From: Octopus sinensis
Lineage: Eukaryota
Direction: 5' to 3'
Length of the DNA stretch: 64,000 nt
Assembly: GCF_006345805.1 (NCBI RefSeq)
Contig: NC_043000.1
Location: 143,406,001 to 143,470,000, forward strand
Shown: positions 26,846 to 39,551 of the stretch, piece by piece
Layout of the letters: each line of letters opens with the position of its first letter
Numbering within the stretch: the first letter of the stretch is position 1
Translations under genes and position numbers: made by a program
The notes under the pieces: generated by a model
Database searches by the model: none
What the model saw: the letters and a program-made list of their open reading frames with translations, nothing else
Told to the model about the DNA's origin: nothing

Positions 26846-26870
26846 ATATATATATATATATATACTGTAT
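26530..26870. repeat. TA-rich compound microsatellite
   Basis: Directly visible. Confidence 0.9.
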
Positions 26871-27917
26871 GTATAACTTTTCGTTCAAGCCTGGAATTGA
26901 AAGCCCATGCTGTTGCACCGCCTACACAATGTGCACCATTTCTACAGTAGGCATTTTCTTGCGAATGCTGGAATTTCATGCCGCTGCTATCACTTGCATT
27001 CGTTGCTCGTGTACTGGTTCGTCGGATACCACGAATGTTAGAGTTCTCTTGTGTTCTGAATACTTTTATGTCCCACAAATTATGTTTCTGCATTCTTTTG
27101 TCGAAATCTAAAATTGTATGTGCTTACGAACCCAGTACTTGTGCAGCATGTGGTTACCAAATTGCAGGTGAATGGTAGGACTCGCGTGGCCCTGTAGGGG
27201 TGACCAGTTCGTGTAACCTATTATTCTTAAGACGGAAATATACTGGTGACCCTTGAAGCATATTTTCTTTACTATTAACTGCAAAATCCCCGACGTATGT
27301 ACACATAGGCAAATTTTAGCACTTTCAACCTCTCCTAAATGCTAGCTGCTTTAATGTTGAGATTTTCTCTGTAAAGCATCGCTGGCTTGTTAGATTGGTT
27401 TCTTGTTTCCTAAAGTTTTATAATCACAATTTATCACAAAAATCCTGATAGTTGAGAAAAATCATTCCCAACAAAAGCAACATGGATTTCCTGCCCGTTC
27501 AATTCAGGACGTACAGTTAGTAAATTTCACATCATTGTACATGGAAGTAGATGGGATTGCTCATAATTACAAACTGACTGTGAACTGGGACTTTTATCCC
27601 TCTTTGCTCCTAGACCTGTATATCGTTGTTATAGTGTACTGGTGGCCAAAAATATGAACTATCCACGCTTTTAATTGAATGTTACTATCTTCAGTCTCAC
27701 TGCATTTGACATTAAGCTGCTGCTGTATGTTTCTTGCTTCATCCACGTCCTTACTTGCCTAATAAATGATATATCTGTATCATCAGCATAACTTGTGAGA
27801 ATGTGTGTTCGTATAACTTGGACATGCCTAACAGGAACATTCTAAACACCAACTGTCTCTAAACCCTCACATGTGGGCCTCCGCGTAAATGCAGTATTTC
27901 CTATAAATTAGTACCGA

Positions 27918-27997
27918 CGTTGGTATCACGCCGCACCCTGGGCAGGATGATCTTGGCCAGCCATAAACAGCTGGTGGAGTATCTGACAAGGTACTTA
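27918..27997 (+). mobile_element. Short second copy of the hAT transposase exon end
   Basis: VSRRTLGRMILASHKQLVEYLT(AG)|GTACTT, homologous to the reverse complement of 22592-22655. Confidence 0.8.
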
Positions 27998-28075
27998 TAG
28001 TATAAATTATACAAGTCTATTAAGTTATTATTATGGAAATTTCTCCCGAGTCAAAATACATACATATATACATAT

Positions 28076-28395
28076 GTGAAGGCACATTGGTCAGTGGTTA
28101 GGGACTTTCGTTTCATGATTGTAGGGAAGGGATTTCGATTAGACGTGGGCGCGTTGTCTCCTTGAGCAATAGACTTCATATCACGTGGCTCCAGTTTACT
28201 CAGCTGGCAACAAATGATTTGCAATTGTAATTCAAAGGGCCACTCATGTCGCATTGTACATCACGCTGAATCTCCCTACAAACTATGATAATGGAGTGTC
28301 TGCTGTGGATTGCTCAGACGCTTACACGTTAATTTCACGAGCAGGCTCTTCTATTGATCGGATCGAGTGGAACAGTCTTAACCGTCGGAGTGCTG

Positions 28396-28396
<1 letters not shown>
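28076..28396 (+). mobile_element. tRNA-derived SINE (body 2 + tail 1)
   Basis: Central CCTTGAGCAA...GCTCCAGTTTACTCAGCTGGCAA is like 17151-17393. Tail TTCAAAGGGCC...CTTACACGTTAATTTCACGAGCAGGCT...CGGAGTGCT is like 3904-4295. Confidence 0.82.
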
Positions 28397-28426
<30 letters not shown>

Positions 28427-29104
28427 CACACACACACACAGACATACACATGCACACACTCATACGCACATACATTTATTTAGCTGTGCATATAAGTGTG
28501 TTGATATGCAAATAGATTTATAAATATATCTGTACAGCAAGAAGTGTTCAGTGGTAGTCAGAATAATTCAGCGACACTTATTCATATACACTCAAATTGT
28601 TACAGTCGCTCGCGCATATCCATACACGTATTTTTTCCCCCAAATCTCTCATAATATGTGATAAAGAAATATTGTTTATCATTGGATGTAGGAAAATATA
28701 TTAAATGAAATTCTGTGTAAAATTACGAACTGCAAAAATACTGTTGGAATATACATATAAAAAGAATTAGTTCAGAATAAAATCTATGATCACGGTATAA
28801 AACGTGATAGTGAATTTCGATTATATTCTGAACTTGAGAACACAATGAATAAATTAGATCATCAAACAGAGTGATCAATAAATCATCTTCAACTTGGGTG
28901 AAGAAATCTCCAATCTTATTTCCCTTACTAATGAAACTTTGTCAAAATGAATATGGTTTCGCATAAATTAATTGTTTTTACTGTTAGTATAGTCTCTTCC
29001 AATTGCAAATCTATGGTAATGTTTATTTATCTTAATTTTTTTATGTCTAATTATAATATATATATATATATAAATGGTGTGTATGTATATATATTATATA
29101 TTAT

Positions 29105-29149
<45 letters not shown>

Positions 29150-29341
29150 CATATACTATATATATCATATAATATATAGACATATATATATGTATATGTA
29201 TATATGTGTATATACACACATATATAAATATAAATATAAACATATATACAGACACACACATACATACATACAAACATACATACATACATACATACATAAT
29301 ACATACATACATACATACATACTACATAATACATATATATA

Positions 29342-29376
<35 letters not shown>

Positions 29377-30644
29377 AGACCCGCATAATTGTTTTGGTGG
29401 GGAATATGTTAATTACATAGGCTGCAGACATTTCTGGAAAAGTATTTATCTTATGTGCGTCTACCGAAAATATATGGGTAGGTATTTATTATTGTTGTTG
29501 TTCAACCATAGGCCAGATCAGACCCACCTCAGCTTTCTTATTATGAAATGTTTCAACTATTTTTTTCACTAGTTTATTTACTCTCAGTATACACTGTTCA
29601 ATATACCGATTATTTGAGACGTATTCGTAAGGCATGTGGCTGCTATTTCTAACAAACCTAGTGACCGGATGGGGATTCCAAATGTAGCCTCAAACCGTGA
29701 TGATATTTAAAAACGTTATTACAATTTAATTAATATTGATAAATTATTATTCTATCATCATCAATATCCGAGCGTGATGGTGGTGGACCTATATTTTAGA
29801 TCAGTATTGAAATACAGCAAAGTATAGAGTTATGCACTCTTTTTACAATTCAGAAACAGATTAACTGTTTCATCATTTCTCCATATAAGCAACGGTCGTT
29901 ATTATATATCTGAAGTTCTAACAAAATGATATGGCAAGAAAGAAAATCAAACACATCGGTTGATGTAAAATCGTTATTGAAAGCAAACTTTAAGTTGGAA
30001 AAACAGAGCAGGCAGCCAGCTAAAGCAGTACGATATGGGAAGTGCCTCATACCTTCATCAGTATATTTTTATTGCGTACCGAAATTCAACGTTGAACAAA
30101 TTAGAACTAATATCAGCAAGGATGCTTCCAAATCAGGATTGGCATCACAATGAATGTATCGTCTTTCTTGACAATATTGAATGAAGTATAGCACAGTAAA
30201 TGCTTAAGATATGACAGCGATTATCTGAGAAAAATATATTTATTAACAGAATTTGAAATCGATTTCCGATCCTCTGAGTTTAAATCTCACCTGATTAACA
30301 GTTATAATTCTTGTCTCTTATTTTTGTTTGTCTAGGTGATCGAAACATAATCTACCAAAAATGAGATAATGTCAAATTATTTTACTAAATGTTTTGCCTA
30401 TCACGTTGTCATCGTTATAAACATAACGTTTATTCAGATAAGACAATGTATAAGGGATCTATGGGTGTGAGATATGTTATAACGTTTAAAATTCATAAAG
30501 TAGAAAATCAAAGTGATTATACGTCCCTTCAAGTAGGAATAGAAATCAAGTTATAACCACCAGGTATCCACATATGTCTACATACATACACACATACATA
30601 CATACATACATACATATATTCATAAATGCACGACCAGGTTTGCA

Positions 30645-31264
30645 TACATGAGGCTGATAACATCATAAGACTTGGAACGTATATACTTAAACAACATTCT
30701 TTGGCGAAGAAAACATTGGCAAAATTCAGATCAAGAGGTGGAACCACTACTCCAAACATGGCTGCATCTCAGTGGAGAGGGAGGTACGTTCAGAAAGGTC
30801 ATCCGGAAGTTGTTGTAACGAAGAGCTCTTGGAGAGGTTCCACAAATATTCATGGAAGAACGTCGTGTAACAATCTAGGAGTGTGGGAATAAGCACAGAA
30901 TTTAGCACAGAATAAGCGAAAAATTTAATTTAGATACATTCTGATCGCACCCCGAAATACAAATTTCACCGTTAAGTATAACACACAACTTTTTCGGCAG
31001 ACATTCTACTGTCTCCATTTCGCAACGTGTGACATCTGGCTTTCTCCAAATGGAAAACCAAGCTAAAAGGGAAGCGATTTGAATCGCGAGAGGAAATTGT
31101 ATGAAGAGCGACGCTGAGGCTCCATAACTTTCCAGAGAAGGCGTGACAAAGATACTACCATCACGGAGAAACTACTGGGAGAAGTGTGTGTACACTCAAA
31201 GGGAGTATATTGGGGGTGTTTAAATAAGATTTATAAAAATACCAAATTTTATAACATACTGTGT
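30645..31264 (+). mobile_element. Internally deleted, degenerate mariner element
   Basis: N-terminal HTH-like ...SVER...(fs)...IFMEERRVTI...VGIS and C-terminal CDIWL(fs)..KTKLKGKRFESREEIV...YWEKCVYTQREYIGG. The catalytic middle is missing and the ends are approximate. Confidence 0.7.
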
Positions 31265-31303
31265 ATATACATACATATATATATGCATGTATGTATCTCT
31301 CTT

Positions 31304-31336
<33 letters not shown>

Positions 31337-31452
31337 ACATGTATGTATGTGTATATGTGTGTATGTCTACATGGTTAACTTTCTGTGTGTAAATAGTGAT
31401 ACAATAATAATAATGGTGATAATAATAATAATAATAACAATAATAATAATAA

Positions 31453-33166
31453 CAACAACTCAAGGGCTTACTAGCGATATTCAAACAATTCAGTGACGAC
31501 ATCAGAATGCAATTCGGCCTCGATAAATGTGCAAAGGCTACATTTATCAAAGGAAAAATGACAGAAACATCTAACGTTAACCTTGACCAACAGAATGTCA
31601 TAAAAGAACTAGACCCAGCGGAGAGCTACAAGTACCTAGGGTAATGAAGGGAACGGAATAAGGCATTCAGAGATGAAGGAAAGGATCAGAGAGAATGCTA
31701 TCGAAGAGTGAGAGCAATACTCAAGACAGAGCTGAATGCAAGAAACAGGATCGAAGCAATCAATGCATTAGCTATACCATCGTGACTTACAGTTTCAATA
31801 TTGTTAACTGGTCAATTACTGAAATATGTCAGCTCGACAGAAAATAAGGAAACTGTTGACAATGCATAGAATGCACCACCCTAAGGCAGATACAGAACGA
31901 CTCTATCTGCCAAGAAAAGAGGGAGGCCGTGGTCTTTTGCAACTGGCAATAACAATGAAGATTGCTACAATTGGCCTAGACACCTACCTGAAAAACTCTG
32001 AGGACTGGATGTTAAAACTTGTCTCAAAACATGAAAACAAGAAAGCATAATACTCAGTCACAAAACAGGCAAAGGAATATCTAAGTGAATTCCGATACAA
32101 CCAATTTCGGATTAGAGATAGACATACAAGAACAAGCAGAGAAAAAGCTAGGCGCATGAACCCGTGCCAAAACTGCGGCCTTAGATATTCTGAATAATAA
32201 ATGGGCAAAAACCTCTCTACGGCAAATGCCCAAAGAGAGCGAATAATGCAGATATCGACAAGCCCTGACCCATCAATGGCTAATGACCTCTGGCTTAAAA
32301 TCTGAAACAGAGGGTTTTATCATAGCAGCTCAAGATCAATGCCTACAACAGAAACTACCAGGCCAACATATTAAAGATCAGAAGCAGTCCAACGTGTCGT
32401 GTATGCAAGCAACAAAATGAAACCATTGACCATGTGGTCTCCAAGTGCAGTCTTCTAGCGCCTACAGAGTATCTCAACAGGCACGATAGAGCTGCACAAT
32501 ATATTCACTGGGTAATCTGTAAAAACCTGGATTTGCCCCATGAAAAAACTGGTGGGAACACAAACCACCCCCAGTGCTTGAAAATGACCACATCTCACTC
32601 CTCTTGAACTTCACCATTCAAACTGACAGGAAGATAGATGCAAATGGCCAGACATCATATTGAAAGACTTCAAACAAAGAACATGCCTCCTCATTGATAT
32701 GACTGTCCCAATCGATATAAACGTATCTGTCAGGACCTACCAAAAACTGAGCAAATATAAAGATCTTGAAATAGAAATCAGCAAAATGTGGAAGCTGGAG
32801 ACTAAAACAATACCTGTTGTCATAGGTGCCCTGGGAATGATAGCAAAAGGGCTGATAGCTACCTAACTCAGATACCAGGAACCCAAAATGGCAGAAGTTC
32901 AAAAGATAGTGCTCATTGGAACTGCTCATATCCTACGCAAAATACTCTCTATGTAACCTCAAGGTTTAAAACAACCATAATTTTCGGTTTAAAAAAAAAA
33001 AAAAAAACTTTTTTTTTTTTTAGAATTCATTGTACAACATCCCCACCCCCCAATATATGGCACACTAGGCATAACAACAACATGAACTTCCAACCCTGTT
33101 GTCTCTTGAGGTCTCTGGGTGAGACTTGAGCCAACTTGTACAAATATAAAGCAAAAGTCAAACATA

Positions 33167-33221
<55 letters not shown>
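31453..33221 (+). mobile_element. 5'-truncated R4/Dong-clade non-LTR retrotransposon (RT end, CCHC knuckle, RLE endonuclease, 3'UTR, (AAT)n tail)
   Basis: QQLKGLLAIFKQFSDDIRMQFGLDKCA...YKYLG...MHHPKADTERLYLPRKEGGRGL...LKSETEGFIIAAQDQ...CRVCKQQNETIDHVVSKC...PDIILKDFKQRTCLLIDMTVP...KYKDLEIEISKMW...PVVIGALG...ILRKILSM* (stop ~32954-32956). Multiple 1-nt frameshifts. (TAA)n on both sides. Confidence 0.95.
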
Positions 33222-33222
<1 letters not shown>

Positions 33223-36055
33223 GTCTTTGATGATGTGAAACAGCACCTGGTAATTTTCTTGCTGTCTGACAAATGAGTAATAGAAGCCGCAATAAATTTA
33301 TCAGAATAGTTTGAGTGCCAAGATCAACAGCTCTTATACCCGCCTGTGTCAATGGTTAAACCGAAGACCAAACGTGTTCTGTTATTGTTAATGGAAATTT
33401 AATTAAAATTTGTGAACATCTCTAACATCGAAATATCTAGTTGTTATTAAATATTTCACTCTGATGTCTGTGACATGCGCAATGCCCCTAAAGTTTTCAA
33501 TTCATAATGTCCTCATACAGCATTATATATCATACATGTTTTAAGTTCCAGCTACCTTGAATCGAGAAGATCCAGGCTCGCAGGGAAGGGATCGCGGTTT
33601 AAATCATAAATACCTAAACCGTTCTACATACATTATCAATATATTTAGATTTACGCACATTGCCCATAGCTATCCTTTTTAAGTACGTATTGCTGTGCAC
33701 TTGTCCTCAGTTGAATTCTCAAACCGTTTTTTGAGTTAAAGTGCTGATTATCATGTGTGAGGACATATAGCAAGGGTATAATAACCGCCCAGTTATTTAT
33801 TGGAATTACATCAGTGATTATCGTGCTGTTTTATGACTTATCGTTGCATATGCTGCATAAGTGCTATTATATAACGGACCTTTCCATTCCTGCATTTGGT
33901 GTCTATATTTCTTGATTAAATAAGAAACTTTTGTACAGTGTAGATCACTAGGTTTTGTTGAAATTAAAATTATATATGCCTCTCTTAGAGTAGAGCACTT
34001 TATAATGTGTTCTTCAGGTCTAACAGTTTGGAAATACCTCTTAACTTTCATTCATCATATATCGAGAAATAACTTTAATTGCTGTTGAGTCATAGCATAA
34101 TTTCTCATCCAATGTCTTGTTATCAAATACATTCTAGCCGTGACCATTGCGATGGTATTTTTTAAAGAACAGCATGTCCAAGACAGCAATGTACAAAATA
34201 TCCATTTACTTTACTTTGGTAGTTCACGATTTAAAGGAAAATATTAGTTACTGCGTCGAGTAGAGTAGGCAACCACTTTGCTCAATTAAACAACATACTT
34301 TTGATCTCTGAGTCAAAATGATAAAATCCAGTGAAACAAACAACTTTCTTTCTTCAGTAGCGGATGAACAATTATATAGAATCGGGCTTATTTTGAGCAA
34401 ATCAAGAACAGTGTATAACAAATCATTATTAACCACGTGAAATTCAAAATTTTCGCCCTAGAAGGTTTAAACTGAAACGCATTAGACTCATTGTTGAACA
34501 CACTGCTTGTTCTGCAATCTCCTGTGTAATATTCAATTCCTAGAATATTGCAGATCATGAAAAGATAATTACAATCCTAACAGTTGGGTCGTATTACGTT
34601 CTCGACAAAACCCTTAGAACCTCGATTATGCCCAGTTTAGTATTATAGCCTCTTATGAACAATATGCTCTCAGACAGTTTAATATACTCCGAGAACAAAA
34701 TATTTGAACTGCCGCCATTTGCACAGTTGTTATTGGATACCATTTAGTCTTAAATGCTGAATATTCTATAATAGTACAGAAAGTAATATTACATTTTCTA
34801 ATGTTTTTTTAAAGACGAATATTTAGAAACATCTTGCCTGAGTACTAAATCGAATGACGTGTATCACCAGCATTACCAAACAACTAATTCAATGTGAAAT
34901 AACATCTGAACAATTGATCCATTACTTTTGATTTATTCCAGTAGAATTTCACATAAAATTAGATTTTCAAATGAAAAGCTATCCTTCAAGTGGAGAAAGG
35001 GACGAGAAGGGTATAACTGCCGAGAGATTCATAAGAAGCTGTCTCCTTTTATGCATAATCCCACCATTCGTGGTCCGGCCTGAAGTTATATCGAAATATT
35101 TTCTTTCAACTCCAATACTAAAGATACATTCTTCTGTATTTGACAGGTATCGTAGCAGCTCTCGGTATGAATGAATGTAGAAAGAAGTGCTTTGTGATTG
35201 GTGTATAGCATTTATATCTGCAAGTATATTCCTAATCACAGACTTTTGATTCTTTGGTAGAATTTCCAGCTCACAGAAGGCAAACAAAAACCTCACAGCA
35301 TATTTTCCACTGAGTTATAATGATTAATCCCTGAGTCAATATTTCACACTGCCGATATCGATTTTCAGTCTCACAGACCTACTAGCGAGATTCTTTACTC
35401 TGTTTACACCATATGTTCTGAATACACAGAACAACAGCACAAAAAGAACACTTGCTGATGACATTAAGAAAAAAGGCGCTGTCGAGAAGTTTCCGTTATG
35501 ATATATAAATACTACGAAAGCCATACGAGCCGGTGGTTATTTGATTTTGCGCTCTTCCAAGTCCATTGAACGTTGCGAATCATTGTCTGATGGGAGAATA
35601 AAAGTTTCAAAGTACTTAAAAATTAATAACGTACATTACATTTTCTATTTTATCTTTAATACATAAAATGCGATTTCTAAATCTCACTCTTTCTACTTTA
35701 ACAACCAAACCACTCGATTACTCCGACGCTGCTGCATATACAAATGAATGTATTTATATCTAAGGTCAATATATGGAGTATAATAGTATGGTGAGGAGGC
35801 GGAAGCTTTATACCGTCGTACCGAATTCATTAAAGTTTCCTCCTTGATGTCCTGAGTTCTAGATCGCGCTTGGTATTCGTAATGTTCGTAGAATATTCTT
35901 TTAGATCAATAATGCACTTGGAAAAATGTATGTGCTTAACGATTCGATTTCCATTAACGCATCTGAAATTCTAAGTAATATTCACCAGTAGATGGATTCT
36001 TCAAACCACGTTAACAGAAGAAAAAACTCATTCTGTCGAATTATATACATATATG

Positions 36056-36101
<46 letters not shown>

Positions 36102-36126
36102 GTATGTATGTATGTATATATATATA

Positions 36127-36979
36127 TAGGTTAATAAGCTAAGCTTATGGGGTTAGTTGAAGGTAGAGGTGAAAAGAGGAAGAGGGAAGAGTGTTAGCGG
36201 TGGAGCTTAAAGAAAGGGTTATTTGTTATATATTACTTGAAGTAAAGGTTAGAGAGAAAATATGTATATGTATACGCAACTTCATCCTCGTATACACATA
36301 GGTGTTTACATGCATGCATATGTATTTATACACACAATCAAACTCACGCATTCGTATTTATTTATATACACGCACACCTGGTTGGTGAACAAACATATTG
36401 AATAACAGGCTGATTAAGGCCCACATTTCTGAGTACCGTGGCCAAAGATGAGCAACTATACCTTCAGACGTGTGGAGGAATAATTTAACGACAGCTGCTA
36501 AATGAAAAACTTGGATAATTATGGAGTATGGATGTCCCGAAACATTCTTACACAGACGCCCATTTTTAAATTCTCCTTTTTCTGTATCTGTACATTTGAA
36601 GATATAATCACTCATCTCTTCCAATGAGATTTTGCCCTGACTCAGTCTATCAATCGCTATATATGGCCATCCATATTTCTCTCATCTATTTGTCGATATA
36701 TCTATCCATATAGATTGGTAAGTAGATTGACGACGTCGCGTTCTCTTCAGTAAACACACACACATTGTCTCGTTTCACCTCTTCTCTCTACTGTACCAAA
36801 CCACCTTGCGCTAAACTCGTTCTATTTCTTTATGTTTTCTCTAATCCTTCCTTCAAGTAACAATTTAATGACATACCAAATGCAACCCCTTTATTTAAGC
36901 TTCCACCGCTAACACTCTTCTCTCTTTCATTTTTCACCTCTACTTTCAACTAACCCAATAAGCTTTGCTTACTAACCTA
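36127..36979. mobile_element. 853-bp non-autonomous TIR element with ~135-150 bp terminal inverted repeats
   Basis: Left TAGGTTAATAAGCTAAGCTTATGGGGTTAGTTGAAGGTAGAGGTGAAAAG...GTGTTAGCGGTGGAGCTTAAA...TTACTTGAAG (36127-~36262) matches the reverse complement of ~36828-36979. TA on both sides. No transposase inside. Confidence 0.85.
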
Positions 36980-37904
36980 TAACTGTTAAACAGACTTATT
37001 AAGGGAAGAAAACATATATTATTAAACAGCACAAAAATAACACGGTTAACATAACTGTAGTGATTATGACGACTGTATTTACAATAATCTCTATCGGGAT
37101 CTTAAGTATATGTTCACGGGCAGCCCCAACTGGAAAACCTACGATATGTTTTTTCCTGAACCACGATATGATAATGACACTTGAGCTACATGTGGGAGAC
37201 AAAGTTACTCAGGGGAGAAGTAAATTAATTAAAACTCAGAACATTAAATTAGAACCAGTCACTGAAATAAAAGAATTAGAAGAGAACCGTTCAGACAGAA
37301 ACTTAGAAGGTGAAACTGATAAGACACAATACATACAAATAAAGGAGAAAATAAAATAAAAAAAAGACCACAGTCTCAGACTAATTTAAAAGAAAGCTGA
37401 TAAAAGATAGCGGCAAAACATCAGAAAAATAATTTAAATGAAAATTAAAGACAAATGAAAACTAAATTCCAAATTATACTAGAGAAGAAGAATATTAGTG
37501 AAAAAGCCTAAATCGAATAAATGGCACAACTTGGCTACAGTAATCTGGAGCATGCTTGTAGAGACTGAGATGAGAATCTATATTCTTTAGTAGACATCTA
37601 GAAGGCTTCTAACTAAACCATTGCATGGAAAGAAGTCGAAAGACTAAAAAAGCACGTCAAGTCCTCAAGCTTTATCACTTACTAAAACAATTCGCTAAAG
37701 TAAATCAAGAACGAAAAAAAAAACAAATCCCAAAGAAAAGCAAAATATTTCATTTGCAAGCACAATCCTACACTACTAAACAACAATGCTGCATATATTT
37801 GAGGAATGTTGGAGAGCTGACGACAGTGTAATTGAAGTTCAGATATAACGATTTAAATAGCAAAAACATCAACGAAAAAGAACAATACTAGAACACCACC
37901 ACTA

Positions 37905-37906
37905 CC

Positions 37907-37937
<31 letters not shown>

Positions 37938-37978
37938 TAATAATAATAATGATGATGATGATGGTGATGATGATGATG

Positions 37979-38023
<45 letters not shown>

Positions 38024-38070
38024 TAATAATAATAATAATAACAACAACAACAACAACAACAACAACATAC
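37905..38070. repeat. (AAT)n/(GAT)n/(AAC)n compound microsatellite
   Basis: Directly visible. Confidence 0.95.
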
Positions 38071-38109
38071 CATGGTATGTAAAAATGCCACAGAACCGCT
38101 AATATTAGA

Positions 38110-38340
38110 AGTAGGAAGGTGAGGCTTGTGTAAGCACTATACAAGAAATTGAAAACGATTGGAACTGAAACTGAAAATAGGTGGGTAAAGAAATAGGGAT
38201 GTTGAAGGTAATGCAGACAGAGCAAAAAGATGACTGTGGATGACTAAAAGTGATTTAAAACCGGAAACGGAGGCTCTAATGTGTACTGCCCAAGAGCAAA
38301 CACTAAAAACAAACTACATAAAATACAAAATAGACAACAC
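38110..38340 (+). mobile_element. R4/Dong-like LINE fragment
   Basis: WMTKSDLKPETEALMCTAQEQTLKTNYIKYKIDN (LKxETE...AQ(D/E)Q motif), just downstream of an (AAT)n tract. Confidence 0.75.
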
Positions 38341-39454
38341 AATTTCAGGGAGTGGGTAATTCGATTACATCGACTTCAGTGTTCAACTAGTTCTTATTTT
38401 ATCGACTGCGAAAGGATGGATGTCATTTCAACTTAGAACGTAAAACCGGAAGAAATGCCGCGAAACATTTTTTGTCCGGCGTGTTGACGTTTCTTCCATA
38501 ATAATAATTAGAACTGACAGACGAAAATATATCACCATAGGCAATGGATATCTTATTCAAGATCTGGAAATGTAGATAATGAGAACGTGAACTATGAAAA
38601 CAAAGAAAAAGAACTTACTGTATATAATGATGACGCTTTAGAAAAATGTAAACGACACTTGGTGCAGTGCATAACTACGAATTAACTGTAGTGCTCCATA
38701 TACTATCAAAAAGTAAATATCTAATTACTGTAAATAATTGCATAAGTATATGATCGCTAATTGCCGTATATAAATATATACGTTTAACTATTCTTTGTAA
38801 GAGTACATAATTGTATATGAAAATACTTTAGCCTGGATATTTTCCTTGTATTAAAAGTAACAGTTTCTAGGTTAGAATAACAGATATATCAACTTTGCTT
38901 ATGTTATCGATCCTGGAAGAATGGCGTGAATATTTGGTAGATTTCGTTATCTCTCTCTCTTTCTAGCTCTCTCTCTCTCTATATATATATATATACTTAT
39001 ATATGTATATATATATATATATGTGTGTGTGTGTATGTCGGCTTTACATTGAAATGTGCTAAAATATTTTATTATTTTATTACTACGCAGTTTAACACGG
39101 TCAAGTTTTACTCTAAGATGTGTGGCGTTCTAAGAAAGAATAATTTTTAGCAATGATAACATTACTGACTGTGTTAAAGTTAATGGTGAGAATTATTTCT
39201 AGCTCAGGCACACAATTAGAAATTTAGAGAAAAGTCTTAGTCTATTTTACTTGACTGACTCAAGAGGGATGGAAAGTAAAATTGACCTCCGCACGATTTG
39301 AAATTAGAACGTAAATATCTAGAACTAATACTGCAGCATTTTTCGTTTTCTATTATAAAAATTCCAATGAATCCATCGCTGCGATGTTAATGATGTTGAG
39401 GTTGATAATATTAACAATGACTTCAAAGTTTGACACAAGGCCAGCAAATCCAGG

Positions 39455-39518
<64 letters not shown>

Positions 39519-39551
39519 GAAGAAGAAGAAGAAGAAGAAGAAGAAGAAGAA

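Noticed and set aside
26875-27250. Possible Penelope GIY-YIG endonuclease fragment on the minus strand (YSEHKR...PGLNEK)
   Set aside because: Only scattered short words match, with several stops and no clear GIY/YIG motifs. It needs an HMM search and would matter if confirmed, since it lies near the 26-kb palindrome.
32991-33022. A-run followed by T-run resembling an intrinsic terminator hairpin
   Set aside because: It lies in the LINE 3'UTR of a eukaryotic genome, and homopolymer slippage explains it.
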